From Escherichia coli (GTDB taxonomy: Bacteria > Pseudomonadota > Gammaproteobacteria > Enterobacterales > Enterobacteriaceae): 64,000 bases of DNA. Every line of letters starts with the position of its first letter. The stretch's first letter is position 1. The stretch is from NCBI RefSeq assembly GCF_003334355.1, contig NZ_QOWP01000009.1; one strand, 5' to 3'. Positions 36,360-54,911 of the stretch are shown in pieces. Both the position numbers and the translations under genes were made by a program. The notes under the pieces were generated by a model. It made no database searches. It was not told the DNA's origin and saw only the letters and a list, made by a program, of their open reading frames with translations.

Positions 36360-36848
36360 TCACTTCACTGTGGAAAATGAGGAAATATTATTTTTTTTGC
36401 GCTTCGTAATTAATGGTTATAAGGTCGGCCAGAAACCTTTCTAATGCAAGCGATGACGTTTTTTTATGTGTCTGAATTTGCACTGTGTCACAATTCCAAA
36501 TCTTTATTAACAACTCACCTAAAACGACGCTGATCCAGCGTGAATACTGGTTTCCCTTATGTTCATCAGATTCATTTAAGCAAGGGTTTCTTCTTCATTC
36601 CTGATGAAAGTGCCATCTAAAAAGATGATCTTAATAAATCTATTAAGAATGAGATGGAGCACACTGGATATTTTACTTATGAAACTGTTTCACTCCTTTA
36701 CTTAATTTATAGAGTTACCTTTCGCTTTTTGAAAATACGCAACGGCCATTTTTTGCACTTAGATACAGATTTTCTGCGCTGTATTGCATTGATTTGCTGC
36801 TAATCCTGTGGTTTGCACTAGCTTTAAGTGGTTGAGATCACATTTCCT

Positions 36849-36897
36849 TGCTCATCCCCGCAACTCCTCCCTGCCTAATCCCCCGCAGGATGAGGAA
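36849..36897 (+). promoter_or_regulatory. malPQ promoter MalT boxes (GGGGATGAG on the bottom strand near 36851-36859; GGATGAGG on the top strand near 36888-36895)
   Basis: Matches the MalT box consensus GGGGA(T/G)GAGG, about 70-115 bp upstream of the malP start; coordinates approximate. Confidence 0.6.
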
Positions 36898-36940
36898 GGT
36901 CAACATCGAGCCTGGCAAACTAGCGATAACGTTGTGTTGA

Positions 36941-39358
<2,418 letters not shown>

Positions 39359-39367
39359 GGAAGCTCG

Positions 39368-41452
39368 ATGGAAAGCAAACGTCTGGATAATGCCGCGCTG
39401 GCGGCGGGGATTAGCCCCAATTACATCAATGCCCACGGTAAACCGCAGTCGATTAGCGCCGAAACCAAACGGCGTTTGCTTGACGCGATGCATCAACGTA
39501 CCGCCACGAAAGTGGCGGTAACGCCAGTCCCGAATGTCATGGTTTATACCAGCGGCAAAAAAATGCCGATGGTGGTGGAGGGCAGCGGCGAATATAGCTG
39601 GCTGCTGACCACCGAAGAAGGAACACAGTACAAAGGCCATGTAACGGGGGGCAAAGCGTTCAATCTACCGACGAAGCTGCCGGAAGGTTATCACACGCTG
39701 ACACTCACCCAGGACGACCAGCGCGCGCATTGCCGGGTGATTGTCGCCCCGAAGCGCTGTTACGAACCGCAGGCGTTGCTGAATAAACAAAAGCTGTGGG
39801 GTGCCTGCGTCCAGCTTTATACGCTGCGATCGGAAAAAAACTGGGGTATTGGGGATTTTGGCGATCTCAAAGCGATGCTGGTGGATGTGGCAAAACGTGG
39901 CGGGTCGTTCATCGGCCTGAACCCGATTCATGCGCTCTATCCGGCAAATCCGGAGAGTGCCAGCCCATACAGCCCGTCTTCTCGCCGTTGGCTGAATGTG
40001 ATTTATATCGACGTTAACGCCGTTGAAGATTTCCATCTTAGCGAAGAGGCTCAGGCCTGGTGGCAGTTGCCGACCACGCAACAGACGCTGCAACAGGCGC
40101 GCGATGCCGACTGGGTCGATTACTCCACGGTTACCGCCCTAAAAATGACAGCATTACGAATGGCGTGGAAAGGTTTCGCGCAACGTGATGATGAGCAGAT
40201 GACCGCGTTTCGCCAGTTTGTTGCAGATCAAGGCGACAGCCTGTTCTGGCAGGCAGCCTTTGATGCGCTACATGCCCAGCAAGTGAAAGAGGACGAAATG
40301 CGCTGGGGCTGGCCTGCATGGCCAGAGATGTATCAGAACGTGGATTCACCAGAAGTGCGTCAGTTCTGCGAAGAACATCGTGATGACGTCGATTTTTATC
40401 TCTGGTTGCAGTGGCTGGCTTACAGCCAGTTTGCCGCCTGCTGGGAGATAAGCCAGGGCTATGAAATGCCGATTGGCTTGTATCGTGATCTGGCGGTTGG
40501 CGTAGCGGAAGGTGGGGCGGAAACCTGGTGCGACCGTGAACTGTATTGCCTGAAAGCGTCGGTTGGCGCGCCGCCGGATATCCTCGGCCCGTTGGGGCAG
40601 AACTGGGGATTACCGCCAATGGACCCGCATATCATCACCGCGCGTGCCTATGAACCGTTTATCGAGCTGTTGCGTGCCAATATGCAAAACTGCGGCGCAT
40701 TACGAATTGACCATGTGATGTCGATGCTGCGTTTGTGGTGGATACCGTATGGCGAGACGGCAGATCAGGGCGCGTATGTTCACTATCCGGTGGATGATCT
40801 GCTCTCGATTCTGGCACTCGAAAGTAAACGTCATCGCTGTATGGTGATTGGTGAAGATCTCGGTACCGTACCGGTAGAGATTGTCGGTAAGCTGCGCAGC
40901 AGCGGTGTGTACTCCTACAAAGTGCTCTATTTCGAAAACGACCACGAGAAGACGTTCCGTGCACCGAAAGCGTATCCGGAGCAGTCGATGGCGGTTGCGG
41001 CGACACATGACCTGCCTACGCTACGCGGTTACTGGGAGAGCGGGGATCTAACGCTGGGCAAAACCCTGGGGCTGTATCCGGATGAAGTGGTACTGCGCGG
41101 TCTGTATCAGGATCGCGAACTGGCGAAGCAAGGGCTGCTGGATGCACTGCATAAATATGGTTGTCTGCCAAAACGTGCCGGGCATAAGGCATCGTTGATG
41201 TCGATGACGCCGACGCTGAACCGTGGTTTGCAGCGCTACATTGCCGACAGTAACAGTGCTCTGTTAGGACTACAGCCGGAAGACTGGCTGGATATGGCCG
41301 AACCGGTGAATATTCCTGGCACCAGTTACCAGTATAAAAACTGGCGACGCAAGCTTTCCGCAACGCTTGAGACGATGTTTGCCGATGATGGCGTGAACAA
41401 GTTGCTGAAGGATTTGGACAGACGGCGCAGAGCTGCAGCGAAGAAGAAGTAG
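39368..41452 (+). CDS. malQ: 4-alpha-glucanotransferase / amylomaltase (694 aa)
   Basis: ORF track; MESKRLDNAALAAGISPNYINAHGKPQ... Confidence 0.98.
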   Translation: MESKRLDNAALAAGISPNYINAHGKPQSISAETKRRLLDAMHQRTATKVAVTPVPNVMVYTSGKKMPMVVEGSGEYSWLLTTEEGTQYKGHVTGGKAFNLPTKLPEGYHTLTLTQDDQRAHCRVIVAPKRCYEPQALLNKQKLWGACVQLYTLRSEKNWGIGDFGDLKAMLVDVAKRGGSFIGLNPIHALYPANPESASPYSPSSRRWLNVIYIDVNAVEDFHLSEEAQAWWQLPTTQQTLQQARDADWVDYSTVTALKMTALRMAWKGFAQRDDEQMTAFRQFVADQGDSLFWQAAFDALHAQQVKEDEMRWGWPAWPEMYQNVDSPEVRQFCEEHRDDVDFYLWLQWLAYSQFAACWEISQGYEMPIGLYRDLAVGVAEGGAETWCDRELYCLKASVGAPPDILGPLGQNWGLPPMDPHIITARAYEPFIELLRANMQNCGALRIDHVMSMLRLWWIPYGETADQGAYVHYPVDDLLSILALESKRHRCMVIGEDLGTVPVEIVGKLRSSGVYSYKVLYFENDHEKTFRAPKAYPEQSMAVAATHDLPTLRGYWESGDLTLGKTLGLYPDEVVLRGLYQDRELAKQGLLDALHKYGCLPKRAGHKASLMSMTPTLNRGLQRYIADSNSALLGLQPEDWLDMAEPVNIPGTSYQYKNWRRKLSATLETMFADDGVNKLLKDLDRRRRAAAKKK

Positions 41453-41464
41453 AGTGCGGTTGAT

Positions 41465-41485
41465 GCCGGATGCGATGCATCCGGC
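41465..41485. terminator. hairpin GCCGGATGC-GATG-CATCCGGC between convergent malQ and gntT
   Basis: Perfect inverted repeat read from the sequence. Confidence 0.5.
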
Positions 41486-41496
41486 AGTCAGTGTTA

Positions 41497-42813
41497 TCAA
41501 ATCACCATATTCAGCAGCAGACAGCCTACCAGACCGCACACCGAGATAATGGTTTCCAGCATCGACCAGGATTTGATGGTCTCGCCGATAGTCAGGTTAA
41601 AGTACTCTTTGAACAGCCAGAAGCCCGGATCGTTCACATGAGAGAAAATCACACTACCGGAACCAACCGCAATAACCATCAGCTCCGGGCTAACACCCGT
41701 CGTTGCAATCAGCGGTGCCGCGATACCACCCGCAGTGATTGCCGCAACGGTTGCGGAACCCAGCGCGATACGCAGTACGGCAGCAATCGACCAGGCCATC
41801 AGCAGCGGAGAAATGTTGGTTTCGTGCATCATGGAAGCAATGTATTTGTCCACGCCGCTGTCTACCAGCACCTGCTTGAACGCACCGCCACCACCGATGA
41901 TCAACAGCATCATCGCAATGATTTTGATGGAAGAAACCAGCGTGTCGTTAATCTGATCCATTGAACGACCACGGTTTAGACCAAAGGTGAACATCGCAAT
42001 CAGCACGGCAATCAGCGTAGCCATTACCGGGTCACCGAGGAACTCCGCTACCGGCAGGAAAGCGTGACCTTTCGGCAGGATCATTTCGGCAATCGCACGC
42101 ATCGCCATCAGTACTACCGGCACCAGAGAGGTCCAGACGCTGACGCCAAAGCTCGGCATCTCTTCTTCGCTGAAGGTTTTCGCGCTGTAGAGACCTTCCG
42201 GGATTGGCTTATCGATACCTTTCAACACGCGAGCGTAAACCGGACCGGCGAGAATCACGGTCGGGATTGCCAGAATAGTACCGTACAGCAGGGTTTTACC
42301 CATGTCGGCATTGAAAATGGTGGCAATCGCAGTCGGGCCCGGATGCGGTGGCAGGAAGCCGTGGGTCACAGACAGTGCAGCCGCCATTGGTACACCAACA
42401 TACAGCAGTGGAATATTCGCAGAAGCCGCGATGGTAAACACCAGCGGCAGCATCAGCACAAAGCCCACTTCATAGAACAGGGCAAAACCAACGGTAAAAC
42501 CGGTCAGTACCACCGCCCACTGGATGTGTTTTTTACCAAATTTGGCAATCAGCGTGGTGGCGATACGTTGTGCGCCACCGCAGTCTGCCAGCATTTTGCC
42601 CAGCATTGCGCCAAAACCCATGATCAGGGCAAGGCTACCGAGCGTCCCGCCGACACCGGCTTTGATGGAGCCAATAACTTTATCCAGCGGCATTCCTTGC
42701 ATTAATCCAACAGCAAGCGCCACGAGGACGAGAGCGATGAAGCCGTTCATTTTGAAGCGGATCATCAGGAGCAACAACAAGATTACACCGATAGCAACAA
42801 TGACTAATGGCAT
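41497..42813 (-). CDS. gntT: high-affinity gluconate transporter (GntP family, 438 aa)
   Basis: ORF track; MPLVIVAIGVILLLLLMIRFKMNGFIAL... Confidence 0.97.
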   Translation of the reverse strand: MPLVIVAIGVILLLLLMIRFKMNGFIALVLVALAVGLMQGMPLDKVIGSIKAGVGGTLGSLALIMGFGAMLGKMLADCGGAQRIATTLIAKFGKKHIQWAVVLTGFTVGFALFYEVGFVLMLPLVFTIAASANIPLLYVGVPMAAALSVTHGFLPPHPGPTAIATIFNADMGKTLLYGTILAIPTVILAGPVYARVLKGIDKPIPEGLYSAKTFSEEEMPSFGVSVWTSLVPVVLMAMRAIAEMILPKGHAFLPVAEFLGDPVMATLIAVLIAMFTFGLNRGRSMDQINDTLVSSIKIIAMMLLIIGGGGAFKQVLVDSGVDKYIASMMHETNISPLLMAWSIAAVLRIALGSATVAAITAGGIAAPLIATTGVSPELMVIAVGSGSVIFSHVNDPGFWLFKEYFNLTIGETIKSWSMLETIISVCGLVGCLLLNMVI

Positions 42814-42970
42814 GATTTACCTGGCCTTTCATTTGTTATGGGTAACGTCAATTTTCTGACGACAAACTCTAATTATCCCAATCGGGAACAGAGATATTGC
42901 GGCACCACGACTGATACCCACTAAAACTAATTATTGTAGTCAGATGTCAGGAGTATGTTTGGTACCCATG

Positions 42971-42989
42971 TGAATGATACGGGTAACAT
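42971..42989 (-). promoter_or_regulatory. GntR operator in the gntT promoter/leader (ATGTTACCCGTATCATTCA on the gntT-sense strand)
   Basis: Same palindrome family as the gntK operators; lies about 160 bp upstream of the gntT start; coordinates approximate. Confidence 0.6.
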
Positions 42990-43117
42990 CTGGCGTTTGA
43001 GAATCACCAGAGCGGGGTAAATTTAAATTATGAGAGGTTGGTCATATTATCGCGGGGAAACGAAGGGAGGGATTTGCCAAAGCAATGCTGCGCCAACGTC
43101 TGGCACATGTTCAATGT

Positions 43118-43173
<56 letters not shown>

Positions 43174-43749
43174 TTAGTAGTAGGAGTGTTCGCCGCGCTG
43201 GTGTTCGGTGAGATCGCGCACACCTTTCAGCTCCGGGAATTCGTTTAGCAGCTGCTTCTCGATCCCTTCTTTCAGCGTCACATCCACCATGGAACAACCG
43301 TTACAGCCGCCGCCAAATTGCAGAATGGCGTAACCGTCTTCGGTGATTTCCATCAGCGAAACGCGACCACCGTGACCAGCAAGTTGCGGGTTGATCTGCG
43401 ACTGTAGCATATACTCCACGCGCTCCATCAGCGGTGCATCGTCTGCCACTTTACGCATTTTGGCGTTCGGGGCTTTCAGCGTTAACTGGGAACCCAACTG
43501 GTCGGTAACAAAATCGATCTCTGCATCTTCCAGGTATGGTGCGCTTAACTCATCAACATACGCGGTCAGCAGGTCAAATTTCAGGGCGGTGTCGGTGGCT
43601 TCCACGGCATCCGGCGGACAATAAGAAACACCACATTCAGCGTTAGGCGTGCCAGGGTTAATCACAAATACGCGGATTTGTGTCCCTTCTTCCTGATTTG
43701 CCAGCAGTTTGGCAAAGTGCGCTTGTGCAGCATCGGAAATACGGATCAT
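43174..43749 (-). CDS. nfuA: Fe-S cluster carrier protein NfuA (191 aa)
   Basis: ORF track; [29 protein letters not shown]... with C-terminal CxxC. Confidence 0.97.
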
Positions 43750-43807
43750 AGTAATGGCCTAATAGTTGACTATTTTAGTTGGTTATAATACGCCCATCAT
43801 CGAGGCT

Positions 43808-45299
<1,492 letters not shown>

Positions 45300-45325
45300 G
45301 CACTTTTGAATGGCGAGACAGAACT

Positions 45326-46204
45326 TTACTGACTCGCCGCAGCCAACTCTTCTTCTGACAGCCCGGTAAAGCGCATGATGTCTGCAAGAGGGACTCCGGA
45401 TTCAAGCATTATTTTGGCTATATGCAAGGCTTTGGATTGTTCCCCCTCCTGCCGCAATCTTTCCGCAATAGTCATTAAACTCTCCTTGTGTTTCGGTGAA
45501 CGTTCGGCAACGCCGTCGATAAAATCGTTAAAACGTACCGCATCGCCGGTTTGCAAGATGTAATTAAACAGCCCTTTGATTTGTCTGTCATTAGCGTATC
45601 CACTACTTAATAAGCAGGCCATTTGTTCTACCAGCCCCATCAGATCGCGTTGACGAATATGTTTTTGAATTAACTCCAGCAGCGCCATACGTCGGTGCTG
45701 CATGATTTCATCATCAGGCATGACGGTGACATCAATCAGCGGAAATGCGGAGGCATAAAGCTGCCTTGCCAGTTTGGGATCGGCGAAACAATCCAGCCAA
45801 CACAGCGAATAGGGATAGGGGCTTTCAATACCGTGGTAAAACAACAATGGCACCACCATCGGCAACGTTTTGTATCCGGCATCAAGGTGATTTTGCATTG
45901 CGGCAATAGCGTAACGCATCATGCGAAATGCGATCAGTTTGTTTGAGGTGCTTTGATGTTCAATCAGACAATAGATGTATCCTGGTCCTTGTTCTGTTTT
46001 CACCGACCACAGCACATCGGAATAGCTTTCACGCAGATCGTCATCAATAAAGCTGCTCGACTCCAGCTTGAGGGTTTTCATATCACAGAGCGCGTGAATG
46101 GGTGCCGGTAAATGAAACGCAAGAAAATCGCGTGCCGTCTCCGGTTGGCGTAAAAAGAGTTTGAACAGCGCATCGTGTGGGGTGGAACTCTGCTTTTTGC
46201 TCAT
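45326..46204 (-). CDS. rpnA: recombination-promoting nuclease RpnA (YhgA; transposase_31-like, 292 aa)
   Basis: ORF track; [28 protein letters not shown]...; matches remembered YhgA. Confidence 0.88.
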   Translation of the reverse strand: MSKKQSSTPHDALFKLFLRQPETARDFLAFHLPAPIHALCDMKTLKLESSSFIDDDLRESYSDVLWSVKTEQGPGYIYCLIEHQSTSNKLIAFRMMRYAIAAMQNHLDAGYKTLPMVVPLLFYHGIESPYPYSLCWLDCFADPKLARQLYASAFPLIDVTVMPDDEIMQHRRMALLELIQKHIRQRDLMGLVEQMACLLSSGYANDRQIKGLFNYILQTGDAVRFNDFIDGVAERSPKHKESLMTIAERLRQEGEQSKALHIAKIMLESGVPLADIMRFTGLSEEELAAASQ

Positions 46205-46406
46205 GGCGTTCCTTCACCTGTTGTTTGAATGCCGCGACTCTACGCGCCACTCCACACCTGTGCATTAGCCAGTTTTCATCCCTGCGAGACGCTTTCAGAG
46301 GAACTTACGTCGCGCTGCAAGAATTGCATTTTTATGGAAAGCCGCACGCAAAAAAGCCCGGATGCAGACGCATACCGGGCTTTTCAAAACAGGCGATGGA
46401 GTATGG

Positions 46407-46643
46407 TTAACGCAGCGCCCACCACTCGCGCAGACAGGCTTTTCCTTCCGGGCAGCTTTTACAACTGCCGGAGAGGCAGCCGTCAGGTTCTTCCTGAATC
46501 CGCACGGCTTTGCCCATACTTTCCAGTTGTTGCAGCATGGCGTTAATCATTGGCTGCGGAGTGTGCAATGTCTGGCTTATCTGGGCCGCTTCCATACGGC
46601 CCCGTAACGCCAGCAAATCACGCACCTGAATAAGTGAAGCCAT
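46407..46643 (-). CDS. feoC: FeoC, small winged-helix protein of the ferrous iron uptake operon (78 aa)
   Basis: ORF track 46407..46652; ATG at 46643 gives [27 protein letters not shown]...; start overlaps the feoB stop by one nucleotide. Confidence 0.9.
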   Translation of the reverse strand: MASLIQVRDLLALRGRMEAAQISQTLHTPQPMINAMLQQLESMGKAVRIQEEPDGCLSGSCKSCPEGKACLREWWALR

Positions 46644-48964
46644 TAATGGCAATCACCGGTGGTGCTGGCTGCGCAGCAACTACTTACCGACTTGCGGGTT
46701 GCCAGCAGTTCGATATCCACCCGGCTACGCGCGCGGCGCAGCAGACCGATAACCACGATGTTAAACAGGATAACCGCCAGAATGCACACCAGGCTGTAAG
46801 TTGGGTGCTGACTGTAGCTGGCGACCTGATAGAACAATGTTGCCAGCGAGTAAGCGATATTCAGCCCCCACAGGATGGAGAAGCCCATCCAGCCACGGCT
46901 TGATTCACGGGCGATGGCTCCCATCACCGAGATACATGGTACATACAGCAGGACGAAAATCAGGTAGCTGTAAGCTGCTGCTGCGCTACCGAATTTCTGA
47001 TCCATCACGCCCATCGCCCCGGTACCCATTTCGCCGTCGCCTTTGCTGGCTTCAATGGGGTTCATCAGTACGCTAAGGCTGAAGGTGTCTTTCAGGCTCT
47101 GCCAGGTTTCATCTATCGCACTGAACAGCTCTTCACCGAGGTTAAACTCTGCCGGATTGAACTCTTCGTCCTGAATATTTTCTGCGGTGTAGAGGGTGTT
47201 GAGCGTACCCACTACCACTTCTTTCGCCATGGCACCTGTAAACAGGCCAACCGTTGCCTGCCAGTTATCTTCATGCACGCCAATTGGCTTGAAGACCGGG
47301 GTGATCACCCGGCTGACGGACGCCAGCGCCGAGTCGTTGATGTTATCGACGATTTTCCCGCTCAGCGAGAAGCTGTTGAAAGCGCTCAGGAAAATGCTGA
47401 CGATGATGATCACTTTACCAGCACGCAGAACGAAGCCTTTCAGACGCTGCCAGGTCTGGATAATCAGGCTTTTAACGTGTGGTACATGATAGACCGGCAA
47501 CTCCATGACAAACGGCGTCGCTTCACCGCGCATGATGGTGTACTTGAGCATCAGGCCAGTCAGCACCGCCATCACAATACCCAGCATATACAGCGAGAAG
47601 ACCGCCAGCGCACCGTTCTGCCCGAAGAAGGCAGCCGCGAATACTGCGAAGATAGCCAGACGCGCGCCGCAGGACATAAACGGTGCCATCATGATGGTCA
47701 TCAGACGTTCACGCGGTGCATCAAGCGTACGTGCACCCATTACCGACGGTACGTTACAACCGAAACCGACGATCAGCGGCACAAAGGATTTCCCCGGCAA
47801 GCCCAGCGCCTGCATCAGACGGTCCATCACAAACGCCGCACGCGCCATATACCCGGAGTCCTCAAGGAAGGAGAGGAACAGGTACATCATGCCAATCTGC
47901 GGCACCAGTGGCAGCACGGTGTTAATGCCGCCACCCAGGCCCTGGGCGAGGAAGATAGTCAGCCAGTCCGGGAAGTGGAGCGTGTAGCCAATCCATTGAA
48001 TACCATGCACAAATAGCGCCACGGAGCCGACGTCAAACAGCGGCTGTAACGCCCCGCCGATGTTGATAGCCAGCAGGAACATCAGGTACATCACAAAGAG
48101 GAAAATCGGCAGACCGAGGAAACGGTTGAGCACGATTTTATCTACCGCAGTGGTGAAACGGCTGGGTTCTGCCGTCAGGGTGTTGCTTACCACATCACAG
48201 ATGGCAGCAATGCACTGGTAACGCGCATCGGCAATGTGCAGCGCCGGATCGTCCATCTCATTACGCAGACGGGCGAGGGCGGCATCCAGATGCTGCGACG
48301 CTTCACCGGCGTAGGCGCGGCTGTAGATATCGCCTTCCAGCATTTGCAGGCCCAGCCAGCGACGTTGTTTCAGCGGGATGTCGGAAGGCATCACTTTTGC
48401 CAGTGAATCTGCTTCGTTGAGCAGCGGCTGTGCGTAATGCACCAGTTCCACATTCTCGTTAGCTTTATAGCGATCAATCGCCAGCTTGAGCGCTTCAATA
48501 CCGCGACCACGGGTTGAAACCAGCGGGATCACCGGACAGCCCAGACGCGCCGACAGAGCATCAATTTCAATACGAATATTTTGCTTCTCGGCAATGTCGA
48601 GCATGTTCAGTGCCACAATGCAGGGAATGCCGAGTTCCAGCAGTTGTAGCGTCAGGTACAGGTTACGCTCAAGGTTAGACGCATCCACCACGTTAATCAG
48701 CAGGTCGGCGTCGCCACTCAAAATGTAGTGACAGGCGATTTGCTCATCGAGCGAGGTCTGCGATGAGATGGTGGTCAGAGAATAGGTGCCGGGCAGGTCC
48801 ACCAGCGTGACCTGATGATCGGTGGTGGAGAATTGCCCTTCTTTACGTTCGACGGTAACGCCAGCCCAGTTACCTACACGCTGACGTGCGCCAGTGAGCT
48901 GGTTAAATAAGGTTGTCTTGCCAGAATTTGGATTACCAATTAAGCCTATGGTTAATTTTTTCAT
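46643..48964 (-). CDS. feoB: ferrous iron transporter FeoB (GTPase plus permease, 773 aa)
   Basis: ORF track 46643..48976; ATG at 48964 gives [25 protein letters not shown]. Confidence 0.97.
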   Translation of the reverse strand: MKKLTIGLIGNPNSGKTTLFNQLTGARQRVGNWAGVTVERKEGQFSTTDHQVTLVDLPGTYSLTTISSQTSLDEQIACHYILSGDADLLINVVDASNLERNLYLTLQLLELGIPCIVALNMLDIAEKQNIRIEIDALSARLGCPVIPLVSTRGRGIEALKLAIDRYKANENVELVHYAQPLLNEADSLAKVMPSDIPLKQRRWLGLQMLEGDIYSRAYAGEASQHLDAALARLRNEMDDPALHIADARYQCIAAICDVVSNTLTAEPSRFTTAVDKIVLNRFLGLPIFLFVMYLMFLLAINIGGALQPLFDVGSVALFVHGIQWIGYTLHFPDWLTIFLAQGLGGGINTVLPLVPQIGMMYLFLSFLEDSGYMARAAFVMDRLMQALGLPGKSFVPLIVGFGCNVPSVMGARTLDAPRERLMTIMMAPFMSCGARLAIFAVFAAAFFGQNGALAVFSLYMLGIVMAVLTGLMLKYTIMRGEATPFVMELPVYHVPHVKSLIIQTWQRLKGFVLRAGKVIIIVSIFLSAFNSFSLSGKIVDNINDSALASVSRVITPVFKPIGVHEDNWQATVGLFTGAMAKEVVVGTLNTLYTAENIQDEEFNPAEFNLGEELFSAIDETWQSLKDTFSLSVLMNPIEASKGDGEMGTGAMGVMDQKFGSAAAAYSYLIFVLLYVPCISVMGAIARESSRGWMGFSILWGLNIAYSLATLFYQVASYSQHPTYSLVCILAVILFNIVVIGLLRRARSRVDIELLATRKSVSSCCAASTTGDCH

Positions 48965-48980
48965 TGTTGTTATCACCGTA

Positions 48981-49208
48981 TTAACAGGAAACCGCTTCCA
49001 CTTCTAATAAGGCCAGATCTTTTTTGCGTAATACCAGGCTCACACGACGGGTTTCGATATGAATGGGGTCGCCGAGTGGAGCGACGCGCACCACATTAAA
49101 AGAGGAGCCAGGTAACATGCCAAGAGAAAGCAGTTTTTGGCGATATGCCGGGCTGATTTCACGGGAAAAGCCAGTGATTTTCCACGCAGTATCTGGAGTG
49201 TATTGCAT
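48981..49208 (-). CDS. feoA: FeoA (75 aa)
   Basis: ORF track; [34 protein letters not shown]... Confidence 0.95.
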   Translation of the reverse strand: MQYTPDTAWKITGFSREISPAYRQKLLSLGMLPGSSFNVVRVAPLGDPIHIETRRVSLVLRKKDLALLEVEAVSC

Positions 49209-49315
49209 AGGTGCCTACTTGTTTCTCATTAACTGGATAACTACCTCATGGGGCGTTTGACAGCGACATGAGACCAGATGATTTGCCAACAAAGGAGAGA
49301 TTAAATAATCAACAA

Positions 49316-49345
49316 CACAATGATAATGAGAATGGTTTCTATCAG
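49316..49345. promoter_or_regulatory. candidate Fur-binding site in the feoABC promoter region (CAATGATAATGAGAATGG)
   Basis: Partial match to the Fur box consensus about 110-140 bp upstream of the feoA start; approximate coordinates. Confidence 0.35.
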
Positions 49346-49537
49346 CAATACTTAAAATGTGTGCGAATGTTGGTTTGAATAATAATCTGACTCAATGTTG
49401 ATGTGGCTCAAGGTTATATCGCAGCGAAAATATAATTCGAATAGTGAATTACCCGGACTGGCTAATGTTTAATTAAGGTTTCAGTTGTTAATGAAGTGAT
49501 AAATATTGCCGGAATATATTATGAGTTTGGTTGTGGA

Positions 49538-49566
49538 ATAAAAAGGCCGGAGATATTCTCCGGCAC
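49538..49566 (-). terminator. intrinsic terminator downstream of tex (GCCGGAGAATATCTCCGGC + T-run on the minus strand)
   Basis: Perfect hairpin followed by CCTTTTTATT on the minus strand; a REP-like element lies between it and the tex stop. Confidence 0.55.
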
Positions 49567-49572
49567 TTTTAT

Positions 49573-49620
49573 GTCAGGCAAAGCGTTCGTTGCCAGATGC
49601 GGCGTGAACGCCTTATCGCG
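49573..49620. repeat. REP element (GCCAGATGCGGCGTGAACGCCTTATC-like)
   Basis: Typical REP sequence read from the sequence; approximate coordinates. Confidence 0.5.
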
Positions 49621-49645
49621 CAGGTTTAGGGGCCAGTCCGGGCGT

Positions 49646-51967
49646 TTAACGTTTTTTGCCCATTGCCGCCGCCAGCGCATCCATCATCGCGCTATTACCG
49701 GCAGGCTGCGCTTCACGACCGCGTGGTTTGGCTGCCGGGCGGTTGTTTTGCGGGCGTTCATTACCGCCGCCGCGACGGGCGTTGGTTTCGCCAGGCTGCT
49801 CGTCCAGACGCATAGTCAGGGCGATACGTTTACGCTGAAGATCCACTTCCAGCACTTTCACCTTCACAATGTCGCCCGCTTTCACCACGGTATGCGGATC
49901 TTCCACAAACTTGTTCGACAATGAAGAGATGTGAACCAGGCCGTCCTGATGCACGCCGATATCGACAAACGCGCCAAAGTTGGTGACGTTGGTCACCGCA
50001 CCTTCGAGGATCATACCCGGTTGCAGGTCGTTCATTGTCTCGACGCCATCGGCAAACTGAGCGGTTTTAAATTCCGGACGCGGATCGCGACCCGGTTTTT
50101 CCAGCTCTTTGATGATGTCAGTTACTGTCGGCACACCGAATTTTTCATCAGTAAAGTCAGACGCTTTCAGGTTACGCAGTTCGCTGCTGTTACCCATCAG
50201 ATCTTTCAGTGCCTGCTGTGTTGCTGCCAGAATGCGTTCCACCACCGGATAGGCTTCCGGGTGGACGGTAGAAGCATCCAGCGGGTTATCACCGTGGTTA
50301 ATGCGCAAGAAGCCCGCGCACTGCTCGAAGGCTTTCGGCCCCAGACGGCTGACTTTCAGCAGTTGCTGACGGTTCTGGAACTGGCCGTTCTCATCGCGCC
50401 AGGCCACGATGTTTTGCGCCATCATGCGCGTCAGGCCCGCCACGCGGGTTAACAGCGGAACAGAAGCAGTGTTGAGATCGACGCCAACGGCGTTTACGCA
50501 GTCTTCTACTACTGCGTCCAGTTTGCGGGCCAGTTGCGTCTGGCTGACGTCATGCTGATACTGACCTACGCCGATAGATTTCGGATCGATTTTCACCAGC
50601 TCCGCCAGCGGATCCTGCAAACGGCGGGCGATAGACACCGCGCCACGCAGCGAAACGTCGAGATCCGGGAACTCCTGCGCTGCCAGCTCGGAAGCTGAGT
50701 AAACCGACGCGCCAGCTTCGCTGACGATCACTTTCTGTGCGGTCACTTTCGGGAACTGCTTCTGCACGTCGAGATAGAAACGTTCAGTTTCGCGGGAAGC
50801 TGTACCGTTGCCGATCGCCACCAGTTCAACGTTATGTTTTTCACACAAGGCAGCAACGGTCATCGCTGCTTTTGCGGCTTGTCCGGTGTGCGGGTAAATG
50901 GTATCGGTCGCTACCAGTTTGCCAGTGGCATCGACCACCGCCACTTTTACCCCAGTACGCAGACCCGGATCGAGGCCCATCGTTGCACGCAGTCCGGCAG
51001 GGGCCGCCATCAGCAGATCGTGCAGGTTACGGGCAAAGACGTTGATTGCTTCATCTTCCGCGCGTTCGCGCACGGTACCCATCAGTTCGGTTTCCAGATG
51101 CATCAGCACCTTGATGCGCCAGGTCCAGCTCACTACGCCTTTGCGCCAGCTATCCGCCGGGGCATTGTTCAGGCGCAGGCCAAGGTGATCCATGATGATT
51201 TGCTCGCAATAGCTCTCTTTGGGCGGCTCATCGAACTGCGGATCGGCATTCAGCGAAAGCTGGAGTACGCCTTCGTTACGCCCACGGAACATCGCCAGCG
51301 CGCGGTGAGAAGGCACCGTGGACAACGGTTCGTGATGATCGAAATAGTCGCGGAATTTCGCCCCTTCCTCTTCTTTACCGCTCACCACCGTAGAAACCAA
51401 ATGCGCGTTCTTCCACAGATAATCACGCACTTTCGCCAGCAGCGCGGCATCTTCGGCAAACCGTTCCATCAGGATATAGCGCGCGCCATCCAGCGCGGCT
51501 TTGGTATCTGCCACGCCTTTATCGGCATCAACATATTGTGCAGCGGCGACTTCTGGCGTGTGTGACGGATCGCTCCACAGCAGGTCAGCCAACGGCTCAA
51601 GCCCTGCTTCAATGGCGATTTGCCCGCGGGTGCGGCGTTTAGGTTTGTAGGGCAGGTAGAGGTCTTCGAGTTCGGTTTTGCTTAGGGTGGCGTTGATGGC
51701 CTTCGCCAGATCATCGGTGAGTTTGCCTTGCTCGGAAATGGACTTGAGGATCGCCTGACGTCTCTCTTCCAGCTCGCGCAGATAGCTCAGACGCGTTTCC
51801 AGATTACGCAGCTGCGTGTCATCCAGACCGCCGGTGATTTCCTTACGATAACGTGCGATAAACGGCACGGTATTCCCTTCGTCAAGCAGGCGAACGGCAG
51901 CGTCAACCTGTTCCGGGCGCGCCTGAATTTCACCCGCAATAATGCGGCAGAACGAATCATTCATCAT
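49646..51967 (-). CDS. tex: Tex/YhgF, S1-domain RNA-binding transcription accessory protein (773 aa)
   Basis: ORF track; [43 protein letters not shown]... Confidence 0.96.
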   Translation of the reverse strand: MMNDSFCRIIAGEIQARPEQVDAAVRLLDEGNTVPFIARYRKEITGGLDDTQLRNLETRLSYLRELEERRQAILKSISEQGKLTDDLAKAINATLSKTELEDLYLPYKPKRRTRGQIAIEAGLEPLADLLWSDPSHTPEVAAAQYVDADKGVADTKAALDGARYILMERFAEDAALLAKVRDYLWKNAHLVSTVVSGKEEEGAKFRDYFDHHEPLSTVPSHRALAMFRGRNEGVLQLSLNADPQFDEPPKESYCEQIIMDHLGLRLNNAPADSWRKGVVSWTWRIKVLMHLETELMGTVRERAEDEAINVFARNLHDLLMAAPAGLRATMGLDPGLRTGVKVAVVDATGKLVATDTIYPHTGQAAKAAMTVAALCEKHNVELVAIGNGTASRETERFYLDVQKQFPKVTAQKVIVSEAGASVYSASELAAQEFPDLDVSLRGAVSIARRLQDPLAELVKIDPKSIGVGQYQHDVSQTQLARKLDAVVEDCVNAVGVDLNTASVPLLTRVAGLTRMMAQNIVAWRDENGQFQNRQQLLKVSRLGPKAFEQCAGFLRINHGDNPLDASTVHPEAYPVVERILAATQQALKDLMGNSSELRNLKASDFTDEKFGVPTVTDIIKELEKPGRDPRPEFKTAQFADGVETMNDLQPGMILEGAVTNVTNFGAFVDIGVHQDGLVHISSLSNKFVEDPHTVVKAGDIVKVKVLEVDLQRKRIALTMRLDEQPGETNARRGGGNERPQNNRPAAKPRGREAQPAGNSAMMDALAAAMGKKR

Positions 51968-52063
51968 GGTTTGAGTTCATCTTTTCGGATCAAAAATCAG
52001 GGGATAGTTATACGGACTGGCTGGCAAAAATGCCAGCCATCGGCAGGAGGTTAAGACTCTTCC

Positions 52064-52540
52064 TTACGGTTTCACGTACTCGATAGCATTAACATACCAG
52101 CTCGCTTCCCCGGCAGGGGTATTCACCACCGCCAGATCGCCGACTTCTTTTTTCAGCAATGCGCGGGCCATCGGGGAATCGATAGAGATGTAATCTTTAC
52201 GGCCAAAAATTTCATCGTAGCCGACAATACGGAAACGGTGAGTCACGCCATCGTCGTTTTCAATCTCCACCCACGCGCCAAAAAAGACTTTGCCTTCCTG
52301 CTGAGGGGAGTAATCGACGATTTTGAGATTTTCCAGGCATTTAGTGAGATAGCGCACGCGACGGTCGATTTCACGCAGACGCTTTTTATTATACTGATAG
52401 TCAGCATTTTCGCTGCGGTCGCCCAGACTTGCGGCCCAGGTCACCTTTTTTGTGACCTCCGGGCGTTCTTCACGCCAGAGATAATTAAGCTCTTGTTTGA
52501 GTTTTTCATACCCTTCCCGGGTAACCAGGGGCGTTTTCAT
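52064..52540 (-). CDS. greB: transcript cleavage factor GreB (158 aa)
   Basis: ORF track 52064..52576; ATG at 52540 gives MKTPLVTREGYEKLKQELNYLW. Confidence 0.95.
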   Translation of the reverse strand: MKTPLVTREGYEKLKQELNYLWREERPEVTKKVTWAASLGDRSENADYQYNKKRLREIDRRVRYLTKCLENLKIVDYSPQQEGKVFFGAWVEIENDDGVTHRFRIVGYDEIFGRKDYISIDSPMARALLKKEVGDLAVVNTPAGEASWYVNAIEYVKP

Positions 52541-52767
52541 CTCGTTGATTCCCTTTGTCTGTTTGATAATGCGCACATTGGGTATAACGTGATCATATCA
52601 ACAGAATCAATAATGTTTCGCCGAATAAATTGTATACTTAAGCTGCTGTTTAATATGCTTTGTAACAATTTAGGCTGAAATTCATACCAGATTTAGCTGG
52701 TGACGAACGTGAGCTTTTTTAAGAATACACGCTTACAAATTGTTGCGAACCTTTGGGAGTACAAACA

Positions 52768-54836
<2,069 letters not shown>

Positions 54837-54840
54837 ATAA

Positions 54841-54870
54841 ACGGGAGGCGAAGGTGCCTCCCGTTTTGCT
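54841..54870. terminator. hairpin ACGGGAGGC-GAAGGT-GCCTCCCGT plus T-run between convergent envZ and pck; bidirectional terminator candidate
   Basis: Read from the sequence; approximate coordinates. Confidence 0.6.
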
Positions 54871-54911
54871 TTCTATAAGATACTGGATAGATATTCTCCA
54901 GCTTCAAATCA